Part shown: in pieces, positions 51,077-62,367 of the stretch
How positions within the stretch are numbered: the first letter of the stretch is position 1
How the letters are laid out: each line of letters opens with the position of its first letter
DNA from: Candidatus Latescibacterota bacterium
GTDB lineage: Bacteria; Latescibacterota; UBA2968; SICM01
Assembly: GCA_965217865.1 (NCBI GenBank)
Contig: CBDCJO010000002.1
Coordinates: 3,072,001-3,136,000, forward strand
DNA: 64,000 bases
Reading direction: 5' to 3'
Notes under the pieces: model-generated
What the model was told of the DNA's origin: nothing
What the model saw: only the letters and a program-made list of their open reading frames with translations
Database searches by the model: none
Made by a program: the position numbers and the translations under genes

Positions 51077-51703
51077 CTACCATACGACACCCAACCCGCC
51101 GACGACAAGGAGGGAGGACATGTCCACCGTGTTATGCCTATCAACAAAGTTATAGCCCCCTACAGTCTCAAATGCATACCTCTTGCTTAAAGGGAAACGA
51201 GCACCCGCTTTTATGGTAAAACCAGGTTTTGATTCTATCGTGCTCCCGGAAAAAGGAGTGGTTCCTAATGATGTGACCGAGCCTTTTATTTTAAGGAAGT
51301 TCACCGTTGGGCCAACATCAATAAACCCTCTGGCAATACTTGGTTCCGAAGTATAGAATCGTACCAGCAATGGAATACTATACCTCGTGTTTGTTAATTC
51401 TGCAACTGCCCCCAAATCTATAATTTGGCTTTTTACCTCAGTCCTTTCAAAACCAATCATGAAAGAGACTTTTGGGTTAAGCGGAATGCCCCCGTCTAAA
51501 ATAATGGCATATCCACCTATACCTTGCAGGTTCAAGGCTCCAACCTTAAGGGCAGCCGCTTTAATATATTGATATCCTCCAAGGACAAAGAAGCTTCTTT
51601 CGCTTTCTCTCCCATTTTTCCCCTCTGCTAAAACAGGCCCACAAAGGAAAAAAACCGCAATCAAAGCTCCAATCAACGCCTTTGCTTTCGTAATCTTTTC
51701 CAT
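51077..51703 (-). CDS. Outer-membrane beta-barrel protein
   Basis: Signal peptide, alternating beta strands, aromatic C-terminal residue (W); AT-rich. Confidence 0.75.
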   Translation of the reverse strand: MEKITKAKALIGALIAVFFLCGPVLAEGKNGRESERSFFVLGGYQYIKAAALKVGALNLQGIGGYAIILDGGIPLNPKVSFMIGFERTEVKSQIIDLGAVAELTNTRYSIPLLVRFYTSEPSIARGFIDVGPTVNFLKIKGSVTSLGTTPFSGSTIESKPGFTIKAGARFPLSKRYAFETVGGYNFVDRHNTVDMSSLLVVGGLGVVW

Positions 51704-52221
51704 CTTCTACCCCCCCGAATAGACGACGTAGTTCGTTGAACTACCTTTCAAGTCAGTGCAGGAGCGCCCCTTTCCCAGGTTCGAGTCGCCCGGCTTCGAG
51801 TTCGGTCGACGGGTAACGCCGCTCCATACTTCAGTCTCTTTCCGGTCGCATTGGATTTTGTCGACACCTGCTGGATGCAGTGGCCCCATTTCGACTGTCC
51901 CACGTGGAAAGATTCACCTGAAGCCGTCCGGCTTCTCGACGACCGCTCTCGAACAGGCCATACCCGGGCAACTGCGCCGGCTCCTCACGGTTGTGATCCG
52001 GCAAGACCGTTTCGTCGGAGGCGCACTTGGCAGCGCCTTCGAATCCGGTCTCCCGGTCCGGATACTCCGGCGTATCGCAGCACTGGGAGTAAGCCCACCG
52101 GCAGAGGGGGCAGTGGGGTGGCGGGGTGATACGGAGCGTCAGGAATGAAAGCGGTAATAGCGTCGCAGGGGGCCTCCGACCCCGAAATTCAAGCCAGAGT
52201 CGACTTGATCGACCTCGATCA

Positions 52222-52787
52222 TGCAGAGCGCGAACTCTTCGAGTACATCGAAATGTTTTACAACAATCAGCGGCTGCACGCTTACCTGGACTATGTGTCC
52301 CCGGCCCTTTTTGAACGGCTATCGCTGCAGAAAGCGGCTTAAACCACTGTCCACTTTTCCCGGGTCATATCACCTCGAGGCGTTGAATATGGCGCTCTGG
52401 CAACGACAGCCGGAAGCCGTCATCCATCACTCCGACCAGGGATGTCAGTACACCTCCATTGCCTTCGGTCTACGGTGCCGCAAGGCCGGTGTCCGGCCCT
52501 CTATGGGCTCCACCGGTGACTGCTACGACAACGCGTTATGCGAGAGCTTCTTCGCCACGCTCGAATGCGAACGCCTGGATCGCCGAAACTACCGCACACA
52601 GGCCGAAGCCCGGATGTCCGTATTCCAATACATCGAGGGCTGGTACAACCTCCATCGGCGACACTCAGCACTCGGATATCTCTCTCCAATGAACTTCGAG
52701 AAGACCTCCAGCGATGTCGCCCTTGCAGCCGACTGAATCGCAACTGATAAACCGTCCGCTAAACCGGGGTAACTCCAGTCCAAGGAT
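52222..52787 (+). mobile_element. Two tandem IS3-family 3' remnants with right inverted repeats
   Basis: FEYIEMFYNNQRLH..L; HSDQGCQY, CYDNALCESFF, YNLHRRHSALGYLSP; ends CTGTCCACTTTTCCCGGGTCATATCA and CCGTCCGCTAAACCGGGGTAACTCCA. Confidence 0.85.
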
Positions 52788-53235
52788 GATCGGGCAAGTA
52801 GACGGTTAGCGCTTGACACAACCAATCGCGTCGAGAGTCATCCAACTGATCCCTCGCTACAGTCATGTCTAGTTCGTCACGATCTCGACCTTGACCAGCT
52901 TTGTAGAGTAAGACAATCTCTGGTCCAAGGAATGGAATTCTATCCTGCGTATACATAGTCAACGCGGAGATTTCCCGCTTGACGGCTTTGTTCCTTCGGA
53001 AAACCCATTCCGAATCGCTCTTCTCATTGAGCAGGAATTCTACTTCGTCGTTATCACTATCATAAGTGTGAATCTCATGAAGCGGTAGCTGCAGCCATTC
53101 TCCAGGCTGCCATATCCTCCGGCCCTCCTTTGTGGAGAGTTCAAGCCGCCACCCCTTTAGGATTCGCTGCAATGCCAGTTGATCTTCTCGGAAGATGGCG
53201 ATCAAGATGTCAGTGTGATCGCGCGTGTCGAACTG
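52759..53235 (-). pseudogene. Aminoglycoside-2''-adenylyltransferase-like nucleotidyltransferase, 5'-truncated
   Basis: TRDHTDI.IAIFR, IPFLGPEIVLLYKA, HPW. Confidence 0.65.
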
Positions 53236-53329
53236 TTCGAGCAATGCGAAGGCCTTATTTGCTCGCAGTGGGAGAATCTTAGCGGTCATTAGCACATGCA
53301 TTCATAAGGTAGTGTTGGCTGGCATTTCC

Positions 53330-53642
53330 TATAACGGCGCCTTTAACAAGCTGGTGGTTTTCGATGAAGCCCACAAGTACATCGAAAACGATGATCTAGT
53401 CGCCGGCTTGGTTGAGGTCGTCCGTGAGATGCGACACAAAGGGACCAGCATCATGGTGGCCTCTCAGGACCCGCCATCAGTCCCCGTATCGTTGATCGAG
53501 CTGTCTTCGCAGATCATCAATGCACAAATTCAAACTCACCAGCCTGGCTTAAACACATCCAGAAGGCGAATGCTGCTCTTGGCGAGCTGACCTCCGACAA
53601 GATGAGTCATCTTGGAACCGGTGAAGCTTACGTGTGGTCGAG
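53330..53642 (+). pseudogene. HerA/FtsK-type defence ATPase C-terminal fragment (possibly MADS Mad8-like)
   Basis: FNKLVVFDEAHKY...VREMRHKG...ASQDP; frameshift before FNSPAWLKHI. Confidence 0.65.
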
Positions 53643-54055
53643 GTAGCGCATGACGTAGAGAGCGCTCATATTAATCAACTCCTTTCAGGCATCCTTCTTT
53701 CAGGGCCGCCTTGCGCTGAATCCTGCTTTGGGGATACTTCAACCTTTTCAGTAGAGGCTCTATGACAAGAGCCTCTACGTCCGCCTCATTGCGGATACAG
53801 GAAACATTGAACAGATCATTGCTTGTCGATTTATGCAATTTTCCCATGTCTCCCAATAAACTACCAAACTCGCGCCCCTTCGTCAAGTTCAGTCATCCGA
53901 CTCCTTTCTAGACACAGGAACGTTCTGACGCGGTTATTGTCTTCGCGGACAGATCAGACATTGAGGAGCGTTATTGGGAACTCTTCAATCACCTGGAGCA
54001 TGGCTTGGTCCTAGAGAAGGCTCGGCTGCTTACCCTCGGAGAGCTGTCCTTCCAC

Positions 54056-55483
54056 CTAGCAGCCCGTTGAAGAACTACCTTTCAACGCACATAAACGGAA
54101 AAGACGCCTGGAGTGCGGGTCAGATAAATCAAGGTAAGGAGATTGAGCAGGAGACGCTGATAAGAGGTTAAAAAGGTGACCGAGGGCAGCAAAGCGTGAT
54201 TGTAGGACGAGCAGTAGACGCTGCAAGGCCTTGGCCAGGTCCTGGAGGGCCTTCGGAGTACCTACGCCCATCACTTTGCGCATGAGCAGAGCCAGGTTGC
54301 AGCCCCCGATGTGGATCAGCAAACGCTTGAGGATATTGCCGCGGTCTCTCAAGTGCAACCTGCGCATGCCACCGGTATCATATGTGTGAGCGATGGTTCT
54401 TTCCACCCGTTCTGCACGACTTCGGCGCAAGGCCTTGCCGCGATCTCCCTTGATCCGGCGTCGATTCGCATATACCGCGGCCTGCTCATCTCGTCGGCCG
54501 TTCCACTTGCGGCGTCCCCGATCCGGTTCTGAAATGTAACTCCGGATGCCGCCTTGCTTCAGACTGGTCAATACATCGTTGCTATGATATCCTTTGTCCG
54601 CAACCACCTCCCGTATACGCTGTCTGTGCAAACGTTTGGCAGCTTTTTCGTCCTTCGCGACCTGCTTGAGATTGAGCGGCGCCTCGAGCAGCGTCCAGGG
54701 CAACGACTCGGTATCTCCTTCATCTGCTCCCGACAACGCCACTGCCACAATGGCATTGGTGTCCAGATCCACCGCGTGCTCCACCTTGTGCGCCATGTGC
54801 GTGCGACCGTCCTTCATCTTAGCGATCTTGGCATCCGGGTCGTGCGGGTGCTCCCAGTCCTGGTTCGATCCCTTCTTCGGTCGCTTCTTATCGATCTTGG
54901 ACAAGTCCTCGCGGGTAGGCGTTTCAATGCCCGAGGCCTTGGCCAGATTCTCAAGGAATGCCTGGTAGCCTTCACCCGTGTCACGGCGTACAATGCTGCG
55001 CATCGCGGCGTTGGCCTCCAGTGTCGTAGCATCCACGCCCAACGTCTTCCCCTTCACCAGACCCGCTTTGCACAAGACCCTCAGGATCCACTTGAAAACC
55101 GCTTCGTGAACTTCCAAGGGAAGCCGATGCCGGATGCGAGACAGGCTGGAATGATCCGGGGTCTGTTCGTCAAGGGCATACCCCAAAAACCGGCGCAACG
55201 TCAGCGAGTCAGATACACGCCATTCGATCCCACGTTCCGAATCAAGTCCCTCGAAATACCCAATCAAAAGCATCCGAAAATAAACCCCGGGCGGAATGCC
55301 CTTGCGACCCATATGAGGAGCGTAATACCGCTGGCAAAGCCCCTCGACGAACTCGTCGAAGCCGTTCGCCCCCAATACCTGATTCAGCTTCTCGTAGAAC
55401 GGATGACCCGGAGATTTCACCAAAGTGTTCGATGCGATGAACAGGTTTTCCTGTCTCTGTCGTCCTCGTTTTCCCATTGCCAT
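54056..55483 (-). CDS. IS1182-family transposase
   Basis: GRKGIPPGVYFRMLL, TPDHSSLSR, VDATTLEANA, VADKGY, RAERVER. Confidence 0.92.
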   Translation of the reverse strand: MAMGKRGRQRQENLFIASNTLVKSPGHPFYEKLNQVLGANGFDEFVEGLCQRYYAPHMGRKGIPPGVYFRMLLIGYFEGLDSERGIEWRVSDSLTLRRFLGYALDEQTPDHSSLSRIRHRLPLEVHEAVFKWILRVLCKAGLVKGKTLGVDATTLEANAAMRSIVRRDTGEGYQAFLENLAKASGIETPTREDLSKIDKKRPKKGSNQDWEHPHDPDAKIAKMKDGRTHMAHKVEHAVDLDTNAIVAVALSGADEGDTESLPWTLLEAPLNLKQVAKDEKAAKRLHRQRIREVVADKGYHSNDVLTSLKQGGIRSYISEPDRGRRKWNGRRDEQAAVYANRRRIKGDRGKALRRSRAERVERTIAHTYDTGGMRRLHLRDRGNILKRLLIHIGGCNLALLMRKVMGVGTPKALQDLAKALQRLLLVLQSRFAALGHLFNLLSASPAQSPYLDLSDPHSRRLFRLCALKGSSSTGC

Positions 55484-55590
55484 TTGCTCGTCCTCCCTTC
55501 TCAGTTTGAACCTGATATATCATAGGACCAAACCACAAGGAAAGACAACAGTCATCTTGGCATAAACGCACTTTTTCAACAGGCTGCTAA
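54056..55590 (-). mobile_element. IS1182-family insertion sequence
   Basis: TIRs CAGCCCGTTGAA (54060-54071) and TTCAACAGGCTG (55575-55586); flanks CTAG and CTAA. Confidence 0.88.
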
Positions 55591-57186
55591 GAGCTCAAGG
55601 CCAAATGTTTCGATGAATTTGTGATCAGCATGGATGACGTTCATCAGCAAAGTCCCATTTTGCCTCCCATCAGGATGCGGCTGGAAGAGATAACTAGATA
55701 TTTCTCGCCCCGGCACCGAAGAAGACACTGAAATACTCAATACATTTGCATACTCAGATAATCTCGATTGATATCCCTCTGCCACCTCCTTACCAGAAAC
55801 GGGGATCACTATTACATGCTCTTTATCGAACCCAAGCCGTTTGTTTCGTAGGTAATCTGATTGGCTATGAACTACTACCGTAACAATTATTAGAACAACA
55901 GAAATACCAGATTGAAGAACAACAAGCGACTTCCCGAGACTTAGTTTCTCCAATCCGTCCACCAGCCGGCCTTTTAGCACATCCACCGGTTGAAAGGCCG
56001 AAAGAAGAAATGCGGGATAACTTCCGGAGAAGACTCCTACAAACACAACGATGCCGATCAGAATCAACATCAAATCCCAGTTCCTTAAGTAATCAGAGGC
56101 TAACAACTCACGATGGATATACGCATTAACCGCGGGAAGCATTACCTCGACTAGAATAACAGCGAAGACCAGCGCAAACAAAACCACTAAAGTAGATTCA
56201 CCCAAAAACTGACAAATCAATTGAAAGCGGCCCGCGCCCATTGCTTTCCGGATACCTACCTCTTTTGCTCGACGTACCGAATTAGCAATCGAGAGGTTTA
56301 TAAAGTTGACGCAGCCGAGCAATAGAACAAAAGCAGTGATAACTAGGAATAGATAGACATACCGGATGTCTCCATTCGCGCTCATCTCAAACTCCAACTG
56401 GGAACGCAAATGAATGTCGGTCAAGGGCTGTAGGAAAGGTCTAAATCTAATGCCTGCTACCTTGATCTTATCGCCCAAGTGCCTGTCAATGAATTCAGGC
56501 AATTTTAATTCTAGTTCCTTGGCTGAATCTTCCGTTCTCAAGAGCAAGTAGGTATAATAATGGTGGTCTATCCAATCCTTTCTCTTCATTTGTGATGCGA
56601 GAAAATCGAATTGAAAATGGGTATTGTGATCAACATCCTTCAAAACACCCGTAACCTTGAATTCGTTTCCACCGATTGAGAGAACCTGTCCGATAGGTTC
56701 TCTTTCACTAAAGTATTTTTGAGCGATCTCTTCTGTAACGACAACTGAATGAGGTTCCTCAAGCGCCGTTTCTATGTCTCCTTTGTTTAGGGGGAAGTGG
56801 AATATTCTGAAGACATTTTCATCGACGAACCACACGCCGTCTTCGTAGAAATGAACATTTTGAGCCCTCACAACCGTCTTCATATCATTTCTGAAAAACC
56901 TAACTGCATCAATCACCTCCGGATAGTCTTTAACAAGCGCAGGCCCCATCGGAAAAGACGTGATTGCAATCCGACGTGTTTTCCCGGCTACGTGCACCTC
57001 CTCGACAAGCCGGAAAATCCTGTTGGCGTGAATATGGTGCTCGTCATAACTCATCTCATCTCTAACGTAGAGCAGAGTAAGGATACAGCACGCCATTCCA
57101 GCAGCGAGACCTGCGACATTGATGATGGAGTAAACTTTACTTTTCACCAAATTGCGAGTGGCAATTGTCAGATAATTCCTGATCAC
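55576..57186 (-). pseudogene. MacB/FtsX-type ABC permease truncated by IS1182
   Basis: IRNYLTIATRNL, LQPLTDIHLRS, RRAKEVGIRKAMGA, LGFDKEHV; reads into the IS end. Confidence 0.9.
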
Positions 57187-57692
57187 CTTTTTTCGCCTCG
57201 TATCAAAGCCCAACCAAGCACTAGAATTCGCAACATCCACATGTTGTTGAGTCCCTGTCCTTTTGGTCCAACGACACGCCACCCACTCCAGCCTCTCCAT
57301 AACCACCAAGCAATGTTTTTCTCAGTCGGGATCCTCTCTAACCAATATTCAATGTAGGTGGGAATATCATATTCGCCCCCCCAGAAGCTCGGGAAAATTC
57401 ACTTTTGAACCGAAGGCACTCCACACTCGGACAAATACCGCCAAAAAAATAGGGCGCAGATCCTACGCCAGGCTTTTCGAACAACTTACTCCCAGTCTGC
57501 TGAAGCCCTACAGAGGGACCTCATGGATTAAGACCTACGACTGCAAAAGTCCACCCCTATAGGGCTATCGGAACATGGGAAAAAAACCCATCGCCGCAGC
57601 CAACCAATACCTCACATCAGGTTCCGTAGATGCTTACTATACTTATTCGACAACTTCCTCCTAATTTCAGTTAGAATGTTTAAGCACACCAT

Positions 57693-58730
57693 CTAAATAG
57701 TCTCGAAGTAAGAGGAGTATTTTTTTTCCTTTTCCCCTATGCTATGTAGAATATCCCGAAATTTGGAAATCACATTCCCATTCTCCGTCATTTCGAGCCT
57801 TTTACTCAATTTCGCTGCGATCAACCATGACTGCGAAAGCTCGTTCCAGTACGCCATTATGTTCCTAAAAGTGTGAGGATCATATGTGGAAGATATAAAA
57901 TCCTCAAAGATTGAAATGAATAGACTCCTTTCCTGACGGTTCATAAGAAGCCCAACGGTAATTCCTTGAGCAGCGGTTTCCTCAACTGACATACTTTCTC
58001 TGTGAAAGCTGGGATGTTCAGCAAATGCATGGATGCCTTTAAAACCACATATCATCTCAGTCTCCGGTACGTCCCTGACCGGAACCTCACCGTATTGTAC
58101 AGGATTATCATCAAAGTTGCTTATAACTTGAATCAGTAGATGGTTAGAAAGAACGTCAACTGAAGGCATTGTGCAATCCGACGAAACATAAATTTCATCC
58201 ACAAGATTAGACAGAATCCGGTGTCCAATATCTTCTATCGGACACCATCCCTTTCCAAGTTGGCGGAAATTATTAACCAACAGCACGCTGTCTTGGACAC
58301 TGTCAATCCCGATACCCGCAAATGTGATATGCTGTGTGCCACTTGTCACTCTGATCTCGTCCCCCATTTTCTTTGGATCACCCTTAATGAATAAGAATAG
58401 GGGCCGGTTATTGCACACTCGATCATACATGAGCTCGCGGAGTTCATCCGGGCCCGGACATAGATGGCTTTTTACAGTTGCACCAAATAGCACTTCAATG
58501 TTGAGGTAGCATTGGCTAAGAAATGACACCGATATACTGACTTTTCTTGGTACATACCAAGAAGACCATCCGGCCCTCATTAGATCATATGTCCGGACAT
58601 CATCAAAAATATGGCTATAAAATCTAAGAATGCTCATCGCTGGATATATGCAGTACCTAAACCTGTAATTTGGTCTACTTTCCTCTCTTATAGGATGTCT
58701 TCTGATTCCTTTGACGAAGTATCTCATCAA
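57693..58730 (-). CDS. Hypothetical protein (low GC)
   Basis: 345-aa ORF; family not recognised; start uncertain. Confidence 0.6.
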   Translation of the reverse strand: MMRYFVKGIRRHPIREESRPNYRFRYCIYPAMSILRFYSHIFDDVRTYDLMRAGWSSWYVPRKVSISVSFLSQCYLNIEVLFGATVKSHLCPGPDELRELMYDRVCNNRPLFLFIKGDPKKMGDEIRVTSGTQHITFAGIGIDSVQDSVLLVNNFRQLGKGWCPIEDIGHRILSNLVDEIYVSSDCTMPSVDVLSNHLLIQVISNFDDNPVQYGEVPVRDVPETEMICGFKGIHAFAEHPSFHRESMSVEETAAQGITVGLLMNRQERSLFISIFEDFISSTYDPHTFRNIMAYWNELSQSWLIAAKLSKRLEMTENGNVISKFRDILHSIGEKEKKYSSYFETI

Positions 58731-58978
58731 GTGCCTTTCTGATGTTTATACACTCTCCATTACATGCCCGATTGACATACCAATCTGACAAATGAGGCTC
58801 CATTGCTTTAGGTAAGAAACTTGGGAATAAGCTTTAGTGAGACTTTCCATCCTATAATTATGTAGACTCATGTAATAGTTAAGAATCTTTTGAGCGATAC
58901 TGAAATTGATTAGTTGTGAATGTGTATTTGGATGACCAGGAAGCCAATTTTGGCTTCGGTGCTAATCGAGGTCCGAAT

Positions 58979-60733
58979 TTATGATCTCCCTTTGCTCCAC
59001 GATTTCATCAAGTTAGGGGCGCGGTACCATGTCCAGTAACCGAAGTTCGCATCAGGTTCATTGGGCTTGGAGAGAAGGTGCTCTTCAAGGCAACCTCGTA
59101 CCAGCTCAGTCGTAGCTAAATGGAACCCCACGAACCCCAGGTAATATGGCTGTGCCAGAAGGTGCTCAAACCCGACATCCTCGACCTCTCGCGCAAAGCC
59201 CGACAGCGCTTGATCGAGGATACCTGGAGCCAATTCGGAGCAGATTTCATCCACGACTAACGCGAGCTTCTTATCATCCTCGGCGGTCACCGTCGGTACA
59301 TCGAGATGGAAGGTGTTCTCCTCGGTCCGTTTGATGAAACCTTTGGCCACATAGCGGGCTAGTTTCTCTTTCTCCGGAAAGTTGGCATCTTCCAGGAGTG
59401 CCTCTTCGTTGACTGGCCCTCGGCTGAGACGACCTACATAGCGATCCAGATCGGAGAAATCGATAAATCCTTTCCTTTCATCCAAATGGGCGGTGGAAAG
59501 ACTGAAGGCCATGCCTGAGTGCTCCGACTCCATGCTAGCGGCATCGACGGAAAATATATCCTGAAACGTTACATCGGCCATACCCAGAAGATGCCAGAAG
59601 TCCACGGGACGCAGGGGATAGGTCATGATGTGGTGTTGACCCCATTCCAGCGAGTTGGCCACCTGGCGCCCCAGACCGCGTGACGCAATCCAGACCGGAA
59701 TTGCGATCCAGGCCAAGTGTGGCCAGTCGTACCCCTGCTGGCGCACCAGGGTGGTTTCCTCTAGGGTAGACCGCAGGCGGGGCACATGCTTCTTTATGAT
59801 CGAGACGCCATCCTTTACGAACGAAAGGTTGTCAGATATTTCGGCCAACTCGGTCTTATCCACAAAGAGAAAGGATGTTTGGTAGCTGCCGGGGACGGGT
59901 TCATCAAGCAGTTCACCGCGCACCAGATCCGGGACGAGATCCTCTATATAAACGGGATCTACATGCAGGTATTTGCTCAGTTCCCGAGTGCTCCTGGGTA
60001 TTTTCCTGCAGGCATAGAGCACTCGCCGGGGCAACAGGCGTTGGGTGAGCCTGTTCGGATGGAGCGGATGATTTTCGTGTTCGCGTTGCCCCATTAGAAC
60101 GATATTCAGCCCCTCAGGGATTTCGCTCGGCACTGTCGTTTCGGGTATCATGGCGACTAGCTCCTTTCTTAGCTTCTTCCGGGTTTGGAACAGGCGGGAC
60201 TTGACCGCGCCGACCGATAGGCCGGTCCGAGCTGTAATCTCCCTAATTGAATGGCCGTCCACGTGAAAGGCTGTGAAGATCTCACGTGATGTCGCTGTGA
60301 GGTGATCAAGGGCCTGCTCCAACGCATGCTCGAGTTCCTGGGACAGGTATTCCTCTTCCGGGGTACGCGAAAAAATCGAAGCAGGGCCTGGCACCACCTC
60401 GCCTGGATGAGTGGTGAGTAGTTCGGCTCGGTGTTGCATTCGACCACGGCGGGTTGTGGCCAGTCTACCCATCAAGGTGGTCAGCCAGGAATAGAAAGCT
60501 TGCGGAGTCTGAAGTGTGTGCAAGCGATGATAGGCTCGCAAAAAAGTCTCCTGTATCAAATCCTGGGCGTCGTCGAACTGGTTGTTGCTCAGGGCGAAGG
60601 CGTTGGGCCAAAGACGCGAAGTGTACTTATCTAAAAGAACTGAGAACGCTTTTTCGTTGCCTTTCTGTGCCGCCCGTACCAGCTCACCGTCATCGGTTTC
60701 AGGACTTAGTCTCATGAATAGTTTGGATGCCAT
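58979..60733 (-). CDS. ECF sigma factor with a long C-terminal extension
   Basis: DAQDLIQETFLRAY, FYSWL, SIREITARTGLSVGAVKSRLFQTRKKL, followed by ~390 extra residues. Confidence 0.9.
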   Translation of the reverse strand: MASKLFMRLSPETDDGELVRAAQKGNEKAFSVLLDKYTSRLWPNAFALSNNQFDDAQDLIQETFLRAYHRLHTLQTPQAFYSWLTTLMGRLATTRRGRMQHRAELLTTHPGEVVPGPASIFSRTPEEEYLSQELEHALEQALDHLTATSREIFTAFHVDGHSIREITARTGLSVGAVKSRLFQTRKKLRKELVAMIPETTVPSEIPEGLNIVLMGQREHENHPLHPNRLTQRLLPRRVLYACRKIPRSTRELSKYLHVDPVYIEDLVPDLVRGELLDEPVPGSYQTSFLFVDKTELAEISDNLSFVKDGVSIIKKHVPRLRSTLEETTLVRQQGYDWPHLAWIAIPVWIASRGLGRQVANSLEWGQHHIMTYPLRPVDFWHLLGMADVTFQDIFSVDAASMESEHSGMAFSLSTAHLDERKGFIDFSDLDRYVGRLSRGPVNEEALLEDANFPEKEKLARYVAKGFIKRTEENTFHLDVPTVTAEDDKKLALVVDEICSELAPGILDQALSGFAREVEDVGFEHLLAQPYYLGFVGFHLATTELVRGCLEEHLLSKPNEPDANFGYWTWYRAPNLMKSWSKGRS

Positions 60734-61039
60734 TGTCACCTCACCAGTTAATTTATCCCAGTTAATTTATCCTATAAGACAACCCAATTCTTTAAAAGGT
60801 TTTATCAAGAATATAAAAAGAAGGTAATTACAAATTTAGGGCTTGGCAGGGGCTCTGGGCTGTCAAAAGATATTTCCCCGTTGATTTTCAAATGTATTGT
60901 GCATATATTACCTATGCTAAATATATTTACAATTCAAAGTCCACCATCGTTGTGGAGCCCGGTACGCCGGGCAGGTGCCAAGGAAGTCAACCCATCAACA
61001 CAGAGGGTAGGGTGGGAGTTATGGGAAGGCGGTCATATA

Positions 61040-61210
61040 CATATTTGAGACACACCATGGCGACGGGGCTTAACGATGTCGTAGGCTTGATATTCGTCTG
61101 AAATGAGGAACGACCCTTGGGGGTTGACCGTTCTTGTAAGAAAATCAATGATGCTTCGTCCGGTGGTGTCTTCGGCGACGCAAGCCGTGACGTTTCCCGT
61201 GCGCTCCATA
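61040..61210 (-). pseudogene. IS1595-family transposase fragment
   Basis: ERTGNVTACVAED...LISDEYQAY, homologous to 17720-17860. Confidence 0.7.
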
Positions 61211-61349
61211 GAATGTGGACTGGAGATTCCGCGGTCATATGTCCACTGAGCCCTGGAAAACACGTGTCATAAAGTGCCTAGATTTAGCCTGGGAATGCCG
61301 GATTGAGGTTAGCCCCTGTCTTCTACACCAGCAACCAGGAGGTGGCATC

Positions 61350-62312
61350 ATGAAAAAAAACTTACTCGTGCTGATGGTGCTAGCGTTGGTGGTCTCCTCC
61401 GGCCCGGTATGGGCCAAGGACGGATTTTACATGGGAATGGACTTGGGCATTGCGGTGGCTCCGGGCATGGACATGGAGAGCTGGGATAATGATGTTCCAA
61501 CTCAATGCGACGGGTTCATTAATAATGACGGGTCAGGGAATGATCTGGTGCCGCCGAGGAGAGATTGTACCCAGTCTAGTAGAGACGATTTCTCCTGGAT
61601 TCAGCAGTTTGATGGAGGCACTGGCCTCTTGGCAGGGGTGGCCCTGGGGTATCGCCTGGGGAGTTTCAGGGTCGAGGGGGAATATTTCTATCGCGGCACG
61701 ACCTATGATGACACGATCGATAACGTCCAGCTACTACCGTCGGGGGAGCCGTTCCAGGGTGGTAAAGAAGGCGAACTCAGCTATACAGAAGCCGGGGTCG
61801 ATGACGTGCTGTCGCACAACTTCTTCGCCAACCTGTACTACGACTACCGCTCGGACTCGAAGTTTACACCGTACGTGGGGTTTGGAGTCGGGGTTGGGCA
61901 GGTTTCCTTGGACTTCTTTAACCGATGGACGAGGAACTATGACGACCGCGACATCCCGACATTCACAAACGACAAGGACATTGAAGGTATTTCGGAGGCA
62001 GAACTTGAAGACCGCGAGCTTCTGAACCAGCGGGTCGCCGGGACGACTACCATCGGCAGGGCCAAGCTCTCGGATACGCTGTTCGGGTATCAGGCGATCG
62101 CCGGGGTGGATTATCGGGTCAGTGAGCCGGTCACCATCGGGCTCAAGTTCCAGTGGGCGGATTTCGGTGAATTCGAGGATGGGGAAGAGTGGGATCAGCT
62201 CCGCAGTCATGAGTCCACTGTTAGACCGGGCGGTGCGCGGGTGCGATACACAGCGATGACGGAGGACATTCAATTCTGGGGCGTCAGCCTCAACATGAAG
62301 TATCAGTTCTGA
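61350..62312 (+). CDS. Opacity/Msp2-like outer-membrane beta-barrel protein
   Basis: Signal peptide, FRVEGEYFYR, ANLYYD, TPYVGFGVG, GYQAIAGVDY, C-terminal YQF. Confidence 0.85.
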   Translation: MKKNLLVLMVLALVVSSGPVWAKDGFYMGMDLGIAVAPGMDMESWDNDVPTQCDGFINNDGSGNDLVPPRRDCTQSSRDDFSWIQQFDGGTGLLAGVALGYRLGSFRVEGEYFYRGTTYDDTIDNVQLLPSGEPFQGGKEGELSYTEAGVDDVLSHNFFANLYYDYRSDSKFTPYVGFGVGVGQVSLDFFNRWTRNYDDRDIPTFTNDKDIEGISEAELEDRELLNQRVAGTTTIGRAKLSDTLFGYQAIAGVDYRVSEPVTIGLKFQWADFGEFEDGEEWDQLRSHESTVRPGGARVRYTAMTEDIQFWGVSLNMKYQF

Positions 62313-62367
62313 CCGGTAACTATGGAAAGGGTATTCCCAGTATGAGACACGTGTTTCTCGCTTTACT

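Noticed and set aside
52759-53301. Functional aminoglycoside-resistance gene
   Set aside because: N-terminal catalytic region is missing and the family is broad; resistance cannot be inferred
54554-55525. 323-aa plus-strand ORF inside IS1182
   Set aside because: Antisense shadow of the transposase
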